Source: a virus (taxonomy: Duplodnaviria > Caudoviricetes). Taken from it: 29,617 nt of DNA. Below, piece after piece: positions 15,535 through 23,150 of the stretch. Position 1 is the stretch's first letter, and each line of letters begins with the position of its first letter. A program made the position numbers and the translations under genes. The notes beneath the pieces are model-generated. The model had not been told where the DNA came from, searched no databases, and was given only the letters and a program-made list of their open reading frames with translations. The stretch is from positions 1 to 29,617 of the IMG/VR virus record IMGVR_UViG_3300005286_000017; one strand, 5' to 3'.

Positions 15535-18069
15535 ATGACCGGCTTTACCGAGACGGCATACAACGTCTTTGCGCCTACCGATGCCGGTGGCAATCCGCGC
15601 AGGGTCGATAATGCCGATACGCAGCGCTGGGGTACCGAGGTCGAGCGTCTGATCATGGCGCTGATCGCCGGTGCTGGCGGAGACATCGACCTCCCGAACC
15701 TGCTGATCCGCTATACGGTCACCGGGGGCACTGCGAACGCGATCACCGCCACTCCGAACCTTCCCGTACCGAGCGGTCCGGGGATTGCGCTGTTCTCGAT
15801 CCGGATACTGCAGCCCAACACGGGGCCGGTGACCGTCAATGGCAAGCCATTGCGCACGAATACGGGGCGTGAAATTTCAGCCAACGGGCTCGTCGCTGGG
15901 GGAAACTACCTCTTTTTGGACAACGGTTCGGAATACCGCCTCCTCTCGGATGAGGTGAGCACAGCTATCGTGGCTGCGGCTGAGCGAGCCCGCGATCAAG
16001 CAGAGGCAATAGCGGCGAGAATTGACCTTGGCGCCCTCGATCAGGCAGTCGCAGAGTCGGATGCGTCTGCCAGGGCCGCCGAAAACAATGCCGATCGGGC
16101 CGAGGCTGCGCGGGATGCAGCCTTTGTGAAGGCCGATGTTTACCCCGATGTGACTTCCGGACTGGCGGGGACAGCCAGCGGGCAGCAGTTCCAGGTGGTC
16201 TCCCCTGACGGCTTGGAGATGATCCGATACCGCAATAACAGCGGTGCTGCGGTGGAGGTAGCTCGTTATCCAAGCGCCGAGGCTGTTGCGCCCCTAAAGA
16301 GGGGTCCCGTGAACAGGTTCGCGGTAAAGGATGAGCGGGGCTTCGAGATCATTACCTACAGCAACGAAGATGGATTTGGCATCCCCGGCGGATCGTTTAG
16401 AAAATCTGACCATGGTACCCTTAGGCTTGTGGACCGCCGGGGCTTCGCCATCGATGTCGCATCCAGCAATGACGAGAGTAGCGCGGGTACTGCCGTCCGC
16501 ATTTGGGCTGGCGCTCTGACCGATACATCCTTTGCTGTCTGCTGCGACATCGAGGGAGACGGACCGGCACGGCTGATCGTCGCCACCGATAACCTGCTGC
16601 AAAACCAGATTTACCGCTCCGAGGCCAAGGTGCCGATGCAGACGCCAGGTGAAAACGGCGCAATCTGGCAGCCGGTGCGCTTCGATGTTGTCGGCCTCAA
16701 CCCTAACACGACCTATTACTATGCGGTGGAAGTTGCCGGCGTCCTTGCTCCCGACGCGACCCGCTCCGTCAAGACGATGCCCTTTTCTGGGGAGCCTGCC
16801 GCATTCAGCTTTGTGTTCGGCTCCTGCACGGATTTCCGCCTGACAGCCACTGCGCCGTCGCTAGACGCAATACGGCAAGAACCCGGACTGCTCTTCTGGA
16901 TGCACATGGGCGATCTTGCTTATACCGACATCAACGTCGCTGATATCAGGCTCCACCGGTCGCGCATCACCCGACTTCGCTACAGGAATTTGGAAACGCC
17001 TGAGAAGGTCAATCGCACGCTTCCGATCGTCTATGTGCCGGATGATCACGACAGCAGCGACAATGACGGCCATTGGGACAAGGTTCACGCCAGCGGCGCT
17101 CATGACCACACGATCATCGAGCACATGCTTCAGGCGTACTACGAGACGGTGCCGCATTATCCGCTTGTTCCTGAGGCCGAGAAGAAGGCGCTGAGCCAGA
17201 CTTTCACCGTGGGCAAGGTGCGCTTTGTGGTGATGGATACGCGCTCACAGCGTCGCTATGAGGTCGGTACGCCGACTATTCTGGGAAATGGGAGCAACCC
17301 GCCGCAATCCTGGGACCAGTACTCATGGGTCTGCGAGCAGCTCATCCGAGCCCGTGACGATGGTATGAACCTGATCTTCCTGGTCTCCCCGGCCAGTTGG
17401 AACAACACGGTTCACGCGGGTTGGGAGCATCATTATTCGAATGAGAGAACAGCGCTTAGCGATTTCATCCGCGACACACCCGGCTTGCCCCAGGTCGTAC
17501 TTTTGACCGCCGACAGTCACATATCGGCGGCGGACGATGGCACGATGACAGACGGGTCCACCGGCGGTGGTCTCACCATGCCTCAGTTCATGTCCTCGCC
17601 ATATCGGGCGCTACCGCTTGGTGTAGCCTCTCCGTTTTACTGGCTTGGCGAGCACGCTGAGTTCACGGGTGATCACCAATACACAAGGGTTGATGTGGCG
17701 GCGGATGGTAACTTCACGGTCTCCATCAAAGGAGAACCTTACGCCAACGGTGTGGCGACCACGCGGAAGGTCTTGTCCTCGCTGGATGCCACGCCCGCAG
17801 TTCAATTCTCTGCCGCAAACTACAACGCACCAGCTTCATCGCCTACCACCGTGACCGTCACCAAGAGTTTCTTCGGCCCAGCCAACGGGTGTTCGGTTCA
17901 GTGGAGTTCAAGCAACGGGCAATCTGGGGTAGCGGTCTTCGGACCTAACAACGGAAAGACTGAGATCAAAGTGAATGCACCAGCGTCCGGCTCAATCACC
18001 GTGACGCTGGCAGACCCCGTCGGCTGCGTTCTCGGGGCACAAACCACGGCAACAATTACCGCAACATAA
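15535..18069 (+). CDS. Tail fibre/spike-like protein with PhoD-type metallophosphoesterase domain
   Basis: N-terminal tail anchor-like region and coiled coil, Fn3-like GLNPNTTYYY, then FGSC, GDLAY, PDDHD..DND, DTRS and DSH alkaline phosphatase D motifs; no Tat/Sec signal. Confidence 0.82.
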   Translation: MTGFTETAYNVFAPTDAGGNPRRVDNADTQRWGTEVERLIMALIAGAGGDIDLPNLLIRYTVTGGTANAITATPNLPVPSGPGIALFSIRILQPNTGPVTVNGKPLRTNTGREISANGLVAGGNYLFLDNGSEYRLLSDEVSTAIVAAAERARDQAEAIAARIDLGALDQAVAESDASARAAENNADRAEAARDAAFVKADVYPDVTSGLAGTASGQQFQVVSPDGLEMIRYRNNSGAAVEVARYPSAEAVAPLKRGPVNRFAVKDERGFEIITYSNEDGFGIPGGSFRKSDHGTLRLVDRRGFAIDVASSNDESSAGTAVRIWAGALTDTSFAVCCDIEGDGPARLIVATDNLLQNQIYRSEAKVPMQTPGENGAIWQPVRFDVVGLNPNTTYYYAVEVAGVLAPDATRSVKTMPFSGEPAAFSFVFGSCTDFRLTATAPSLDAIRQEPGLLFWMHMGDLAYTDINVADIRLHRSRITRLRYRNLETPEKVNRTLPIVYVPDDHDSSDNDGHWDKVHASGAHDHTIIEHMLQAYYETVPHYPLVPEAEKKALSQTFTVGKVRFVVMDTRSQRRYEVGTPTILGNGSNPPQSWDQYSWVCEQLIRARDDGMNLIFLVSPASWNNTVHAGWEHHYSNERTALSDFIRDTPGLPQVVLLTADSHISAADDGTMTDGSTGGGLTMPQFMSSPYRALPLGVASPFYWLGEHAEFTGDHQYTRVDVAADGNFTVSIKGEPYANGVATTRKVLSSLDATPAVQFSAANYNAPASSPTTVTVTKSFFGPANGCSVQWSSSNGQSGVAVFGPNNGKTEIKVNAPASGSITVTLADPVGCVLGAQTTATITAT

Positions 18070-18081
18070 AGGGTACTTCTG

Positions 18082-18814
18082 ATGGGATTGGATCTTTTGG
18101 TTCCCAAAGGCGATTTCCGCGACACCGGTACGTATGACGTTCCTGTACCTTCTGGGTGTATCGGGTGGTATTTCCTCGGTGGCACGCTAGCGGCATCGAT
18201 CCGCAACCATGCACCTCTGGGAAAGTCCGCTACAGTTGCTGGCTCTCCAACAGTCAATGATAACTATCTCGGTCTAGTTTCCCAGAATAGCTACATTGAT
18301 ACCGGGATCATCGGACCAGCGTCCGGAGGAACCTATATAGTTGTTGGTAGGGCTTTTGGCGACGGCACGACTCAAGCCCAGAGGTTTAGTCACATAGGCA
18401 AGTCTGGTGGCGGCGCCACGGGTGCCTTCTTCCAGTCGATTGGTCCAAGCAGCGTTGAATTTGTGAGCTATCACAACGACGGTGCAGGGGGGGGCAGGAA
18501 CGAGAACGACGAGCACCTTAACCAACTCCACCGGGTGGTGCTTGCTGGCTGCGGATTTCGGCAACAGTGGACAAACTTTCCGCAACAAGACTACTGGAGC
18601 GAGCGTCACGACTGCGGGGAGCAACGTTGCATACGTTCCTGAGCCGGTGAACCCGATCTGCCTTGCAGGGGCACCTGTCTCCGCCGGTTTCCCAAGCGGA
18701 TCCGGCAACATGGCGTTTGCTGGCATTTGGAACCGACGACTTTCAGAGGCGGAGATCGACGCCGTTTATAACAACGTCAAGGCCTACCTGGCGGTTGGAG
18801 CGATAGCCATTTAG
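18082..18814 (+). pseudogene. LamG/concanavalin-like tail accessory protein, frameshifted at a G8 tract (possibly phase-variable)
   Basis: ORF 18082-18642 becomes implausible after the G8 at 18487-18494. The +1 frame continues to NRRLSEAEIDAVY (LamG-type end). G7 gives one 243-aa ORF. Confidence 0.75.
18487..18494 (+). repeat. G8 homopolymer at the frameshift point
   Basis: GCA GGGGGGGG CAGGAA read directly. Confidence 0.95.
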
Positions 18815-18818
18815 ACGC

Positions 18819-19958
18819 TTAGGCCTTCGCGCCGGGCGAGCTGTGGACCGTTCGCCCGGTGATTACGTTGGAGGCTCGTTCGCCCTTGGCAAACAGCCGA
18901 GCCTTGATCGCCCGCCCCAGCTCCAGCCCGGGCTGCTCGATATATCGGTAACTCACAACGGCAACGCCGGTGACGGCCGCGACCGTTAGCACCAAACAGA
19001 CAGCGAAGTTGACCGGCACGCCCGGGCCATGTGCGTAGATCCAGCGGTAAGCCGGCTCCAGGACAAGAAGGACGGGCACGTGCAACAGGTAGGTCGAGTA
19101 GCAGATCTTTCCATAGAACGTAGTGACCCGATTAACTATCGCAGAAAACGGGCATAGCCCGAGCCCAACCAAGATCAGCGCGTAAAAGAATGATGGCCAT
19201 TGATTGGCCTGGAGCACTCCGAAACGATAGGGGCTTTGGATGAGCAGCCCGATACCGAGAACGCCGCAGGCCAGCAGCGCCGTTCCGATCTGACGAGAAG
19301 CCGGATGCTCTTTCAGGGTCGAATAGACCGAGAACGCGAGCATGCCCAACGCGAATGACACGATGTGCACCATCAGGGTGCGGCCAGCAAAATGGTTGCG
19401 AACGACATCATCCTCGACCAGGGGGATGACTGGCTTGAACAACTGCCACGCACCGATCGCGATGCAGATCAGCGCTATCCGCGCGCCAATGGTTCTAAAC
19501 CTCACATAGAGCAGAGGGAAGATCAGGTAGAACAGCATCTCGGTGCCGATCGTCCAGCCGGCACGAACCATGCTATTCACATGGGAGGGGACAAGGTTGA
19601 AGGTGAACGTGAGGTTTGTGAGAACCTCAAGGGGGTCGACAACACCACCCTTTATGAACCAGATGTAGCCGACGTTACAAAAAACCAGGAGGTAGAACAA
19701 AGGTGCGATGCGTGACAGTCGGCTGATCGCGTAGCTCACAAGCGGTCCTTGGGAAGCTTGGTGCCGCGGCATCGTCAGGCAGAGCGAGAAGGCGCTTATA
19801 ACGAAGAATAATTCAACACCAGTCCAGCCGTACATGACGAACGGCGTTATCGCGTCAGGAATCGGCAGCTTGGGGTGCACCAGCAGGGGAACGTGATGGA
19901 TGAGGACAAACAGCGCTGCAATGCCGCGCAAGCTATCGAGAAAGTCCAGGCGCTTCAC
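18819..19958 (-). CDS. Acyltransferase-3 family membrane O-acyltransferase (OafA/Oac-like)
   Basis: LDSLRGIAAL.V...H, GVELFFVISAF, R..RIAPL, WTIGTEMLFY, G.I.YS.YL.H and SYRYIEQP motifs; ~10 hydrophobic segments; likely GTG start at 19958. Confidence 0.92.
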   Translation of the reverse strand: MKRLDFLDSLRGIAALFVLIHHVPLLVHPKLPIPDAITPFVMYGWTGVELFFVISAFSLCLTMPRHQASQGPLVSYAISRLSRIAPLFYLLVFCNVGYIWFIKGGVVDPLEVLTNLTFTFNLVPSHVNSMVRAGWTIGTEMLFYLIFPLLYVRFRTIGARIALICIAIGAWQLFKPVIPLVEDDVVRNHFAGRTLMVHIVSFALGMLAFSVYSTLKEHPASRQIGTALLACGVLGIGLLIQSPYRFGVLQANQWPSFFYALILVGLGLCPFSAIVNRVTTFYGKICYSTYLLHVPVLLVLEPAYRWIYAHGPGVPVNFAVCLVLTVAAVTGVAVVSYRYIEQPGLELGRAIKARLFAKGERASNVITGRTVHSSPGAKA

Positions 19959-19961
19959 GAT

Positions 19962-19969
19962 CCCCCCCC
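19962..19969 (-). repeat. G8 homopolymer at the ribosome-binding position of the acyltransferase
   Basis: Plus strand TCCCCCCCCA; minus strand reads GGGGGGGG-ATC-GTG. Confidence 0.9.
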
Positions 19970-20107
19970 AGGACAAGTGATAATCCTGGCGACTAACACG
20001 CAAAGACTGCGAATACAACAAAGACGCCTCCTGCCAAGGGGGCGCTCTCCTGACCAATATCCTGAAAGGACCTGACATGCACCGCACCGTGCCCGCCGGC
20101 GCGACCG

Positions 20108-20509
20108 CTAATTCCGTTGTGAGGCGGTGGCGAGGCTTACTCCACGTGATATCAGGCGAGCGGCCTCATGGATCGTTTCGCTGGAAGCTTGGGAAAGGAG
20201 TTGAAACATCACCTTCTTCCCCGACCGCAGTTCGAAAGTCAGCATTACGCCAGAGTCGTCAACGGGGATAATCTCCATACCGGCGGGGACGATTGCGGCG
20301 AGCTCTTCGCGTTCCATGTCTTCTTCCCGCAAATACCCCTTCGACTCGGCGTCTTCTGCTGCATAGAGCATGGCATGCAGAGCATCCAACGGTAGCCGCA
20401 ACCGGAATGGTTTGCCTTCGTCGTCTGCGGCCTCCAATTCGAATGTCTTGGTGATTTTCAGAAACCTAGTCCGGCCAACTCCGGCAACATCAACCCTCTG
20501 AACTTTCAT
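20108..20509 (-). CDS. Hypothetical protein
   Basis: MKVQRVDVAG... 133 aa with GGGAGGGG RBS; co-oriented with and upstream of the acyltransferase. Confidence 0.7.
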   Translation of the reverse strand: MKVQRVDVAGVGRTRFLKITKTFELEAADDEGKPFRLRLPLDALHAMLYAAEDAESKGYLREEDMEREELAAIVPAGMEIIPVDDSGVMLTFELRSGKKVMFQLLSQASSETIHEAARLISRGVSLATASQRN

Positions 20510-20591
20510 CAGCGCCCCTCCCTTTGACCCCTGCGGCATCAAAGCACCGCGACTGACGAGAGTCGAATCCCAAAATTGAAAGGAAAGTCCG

Positions 20592-21302
20592 ATGGACAGG
20601 AGCATCCCTCCTGCGGCCGCGATCCTGCTCGACTTCATTCGTAAGACTGAGGTCGGGCGGAAGGATCGCGCGTCGTATGACGTGATCTACGGCCACAAGC
20701 AGCACAAACTCGCGAAGCCGCTCACCAGTATGACGATCGGCGAGATCGTGGATGCGCAAAAGTCTTGGTCGAAGAACCACGGCTCCAGCGCAGCCGGCGG
20801 CTATCAGTTCATGCGAGCCACGCTGATCGACCTTTCCAAGGAACTGCATCTTCGGGGCGATCAGGTTTTCAACCCCGACCTTCAGGATCGGCTCGGCTAT
20901 CACCTCCTGAAGCGGAGGGGCTACGAAAGCTTCATGGCCGGGACGATAAGCCAGGAGGAGTTCGGCAAGCGCCTGGCTCAGGAATGGGCCTCTCTGCCGG
21001 TTCTGGCGGCCACACGTGGCGCAACGCGGATGGTAGGGAGAGGGCAGAGCTATTACGCCGGAGACGGACTGAACAAGGCGCTTGTCGATCCTGTTGAGTT
21101 CGAGATGGTGCTGCAGGTGGCGAAAGCAGCCGGGAACGGGCACACAGTGCCTTTCCCTTCTCCGGGCCCTCAGACGCCCGCCGAACCGAAACCAGCACCA
21201 GTGGGCAGAGGAGGGGCGATTGCCGCCCTTTTCGCAGCGCTCGCCGCTGCTGCCTACGCTGCATGGGATCACATCACCGCATTTTTCGCAGGGGTGTTCT
21301 AA
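20592..21302 (+). CDS. Endolysin, lambda R-like muramidase/lytic transglycosylase
   Basis: YDVIYG, SAAGGYQF, F.P..QDR and EWASLP motifs; Pro-rich linker and hydrophobic C-terminus. Confidence 0.88.
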   Translation: MDRSIPPAAAILLDFIRKTEVGRKDRASYDVIYGHKQHKLAKPLTSMTIGEIVDAQKSWSKNHGSSAAGGYQFMRATLIDLSKELHLRGDQVFNPDLQDRLGYHLLKRRGYESFMAGTISQEEFGKRLAQEWASLPVLAATRGATRMVGRGQSYYAGDGLNKALVDPVEFEMVLQVAKAAGNGHTVPFPSPGPQTPAEPKPAPVGRGGAIAALFAALAAAAYAAWDHITAFFAGVF

Positions 21303-21505
21303 TGCTCGGTCCGCTCTCTCGCATCATCCTCCGATACATTGCCGGGGCTCTCGTCCTTGGCGGCTTTCTCACTGCCGACATGGGGCACATGCTGGCCGAT
21401 GATCCGGATCTTGCCGCACTCCTGCAATGGGCGCTCGGAATCGTCGCAGCGGCTCTTGCTGAGGGGGGCTACTGGCTGGCCAAGCGCTGGGGCTGGAAGA
21501 CGTGA
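21302..21505 (+). CDS. Putative holin
   Basis: 67 aa, two hydrophobic segments, basic C-terminus (AKRWGWKT); overlaps the endolysin stop. Confidence 0.7.
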   Translation: MLGPLSRIILRYIAGALVLGGFLTADMGHMLADDPDLAALLQWALGIVAAALAEGGYWLAKRWGWKT

Positions 21506-21747
21506 TGTTCGGCCTCGGCACTTGGCTGCAGCTCGGCGTCGGCGCCATCGTGGCAGGCATCCTGATCGGATCGCATGTCATGGCCTACCGGGCCGGCGCG
21601 CAATCGGAGCGCCGGGAAGCTCTGGAACGCTCGATCGATCTACTTCGCGAAAGGAACGCCACCGATGAGACGATCCGCAATATGGACGATGTTGCTCTTT
21701 GCGCCGCTCTTGGCGGCCGGATGTCAGACGCCGGCACCTGTGAGTGA
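21505..21747 (+). CDS. Putative inner-membrane spanin (Rz-like)
   Basis: N-terminal TM helix, short coiled coil, C-terminal LC..LGG motif. Confidence 0.65.
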   Translation: MFGLGTWLQLGVGAIVAGILIGSHVMAYRAGAQSERREALERSIDLLRERNATDETIRNMDDVALCAALGGRMSDAGTCE

Positions 21748-21877
21748 GTGCGACGGTTGGCAGAAGCTGAGCCCGGCCGCACAGACCCGCGACTTCATCA
21801 TCCGGAATGACCGGCCCTTTGCCGAGCAGGTCGCGGCTCATAACACCTTCGGGGCTGCCCGCGGCTGCTGGGGCTGA
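21665..21877 (+). CDS. Putative outer-membrane spanin lipoprotein (Rz1-like)
   Basis: MRRSAIWTMLLFAPLLAAG-C lipobox; overlaps the 3' end of the Rz-like gene in another frame; HN..G...C.W end. Confidence 0.7.
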   Translation: MRRSAIWTMLLFAPLLAAGCQTPAPVSECDGWQKLSPAAQTRDFIIRNDRPFAEQVAAHNTFGAARGCWG

Positions 21878-21883
21878 CAAAAC

Positions 21884-21917
21884 GGGCCGGCGCGAGAGGG
21901 GGCTCCTGCGCCGGCCC
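21884..21917. other. 10-bp GC stem-loop after the spanin genes
   Basis: GGGCCGGCGC-14nt-GCGCCGGCCC; AAAA upstream could give a U-tail on the minus strand. Confidence 0.5.
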
Positions 21918-22012
21918 TGACCGTCGCGATTTTTCGGTGCGGATCGGGACGGCTGGCCAACCTTCTAACGGCTCGGAACCTAACAATCAAAAGACATTTG
22001 AACGGGGATGAG

Positions 22013-22396
22013 ATGGCGGGCTTGCACGAGGAACGGCAAATGCGCACACCAGCGTGGAAATGGGAATGGAACCTTAATACCGTGGTGATCCTGCTCGGGT
22101 TCATCGGCACGATCGCGGCCTATGGCGCTGCCTGGGAGCGGATCACCTCAAGGCAGGGCGACCATGCCATGGACATCGAGCGGCTGGACAAGCGCGTCAC
22201 GGCGCTGGAGGCCGCATCTCGCACACTGGACAATCATGAGCTGCGTATCAGCAATGTCGAGAAGCAGGCTACCGATGCCGCCACCGCCATGCGCGCCGTG
22301 GAAGCAGCGCTAAACGGATTGGCGGCCGACATGAAGGTGACCCGGGAAATCCTGCAACGTATAGAAGCCGCCCAGAGTCGCCCCATCCCGCCGTAG
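22013..22396 (+). CDS. Membrane-anchored coiled-coil protein (lysis-region hypothetical)
   Basis: WKWEWNLNT followed by a TM helix and heptad-rich C-terminus. Confidence 0.75.
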   Translation: MAGLHEERQMRTPAWKWEWNLNTVVILLGFIGTIAAYGAAWERITSRQGDHAMDIERLDKRVTALEAASRTLDNHELRISNVEKQATDAATAMRAVEAALNGLAADMKVTREILQRIEAAQSRPIPP

Positions 22397-22498
22397 CATG
22401 CGTGCGAACGCGCTGAAGTAGCAGATGAAGCCCTAAGAGAAGTGGGTGCTAAAACATCGGCTTAGATACATCTGTTATTTTTTGAGTTATATTTTGCG

Positions 22499-22548
22499 TT
22501 GATTTTGTCGTAACTCGAGCGCATATTGTGGCTCCGATTCATGGAGCC
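22499..22548 (+). promoter_or_regulatory. Putative sigma70 promoter plus inverted repeat overlapping the SD
   Basis: TTGATT-N17-CATATT (22499-22527) downstream of an AT-rich tract; GGCTCC-N7-GGAGCC at 22530-22548. Confidence 0.5.
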
Positions 22549-22556
22549 CTTTTCTG

Positions 22557-23150
22557 ATGCTTGACCGCGAGACAGACCAGAACGAGGCGATGGAGGCAGC
22601 AGCGCCGATATTGCCGATCATCCACCGCATTCTTGACGACTCCGTCGCGTTTTACTTCAGCGAAGCGTATTCACCAGAGGCTCGCGCCGATCATACTGAT
22701 CGGGCGATGGCGAACTGCATCTATTCCCATGCTGAGAAGCGCATGCTGGGCGCGGCTGCGGAGACAACAGGGCTTACGGCCATCAACCTTAAAGGGCTCA
22801 ATGTCCTGAACTTCAACGATAAGGTTGTCATACGTTTCAAGAAGGTTAGCGCGAACGGCAGGCACAGCAACTACCAAACCGAGCAACAGCAACAATATGA
22901 TGACCAATTGCCTTTACCAGGAATTCCCGAGCCGGCCTTCCGGTTGACTGCCGGTTATCAGATGGATGCAGCAGGCTCGGCGCTGGAGCGGATTATGATC
23001 GCGCGGCCCCTGGGCAGAACTGTCTTTTGGGCTGCGCAAGTATCGATGATCGACGGCACTGTGACATGGGTGGACATAACGCCGCGCCGGTTCACAGGAA
23101 CCGAGGAGAGCGACTTCGATGCGGAAAGAGCTCGAGGTGGGCGTGGATAG
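22557..23150 (+). CDS. Candidate toxin/effector paired with XRE-ImmA protein (RmrT-like)
   Basis: 197 aa; IRFKK...SNY.T.QQ...Q..LPG...GY pattern; overlaps the downstream peptidase gene. Confidence 0.6.
   Translation: MLDRETDQNEAMEAAAPILPIIHRILDDSVAFYFSEAYSPEARADHTDRAMANCIYSHAEKRMLGAAAETTGLTAINLKGLNVLNFNDKVVIRFKKVSANGRHSNYQTEQQQQYDDQLPLPGIPEPAFRLTAGYQMDAAGSALERIMIARPLGRTVFWAAQVSMIDGTVTWVDITPRRFTGTEESDFDAERARGGRG

Noticed and set aside
16300-18069. PhoD as a phosphate-starvation auxiliary metabolic gene
   Set aside because: No export signal, fused to a tail-type N-terminus and located in the receptor-binding slot; a structural role fits better, though this is untested.
18482-18814. Independent 110-aa gene
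   Set aside because: No SD and it starts at the G-run; better explained as the distal half of the frameshifted gene.
15535-20087. Diversity-generating retroelement or invertase-type tail switching
   Set aside because: No reverse transcriptase, template/variable repeat pair, invertase or flanking inverted repeats were seen.
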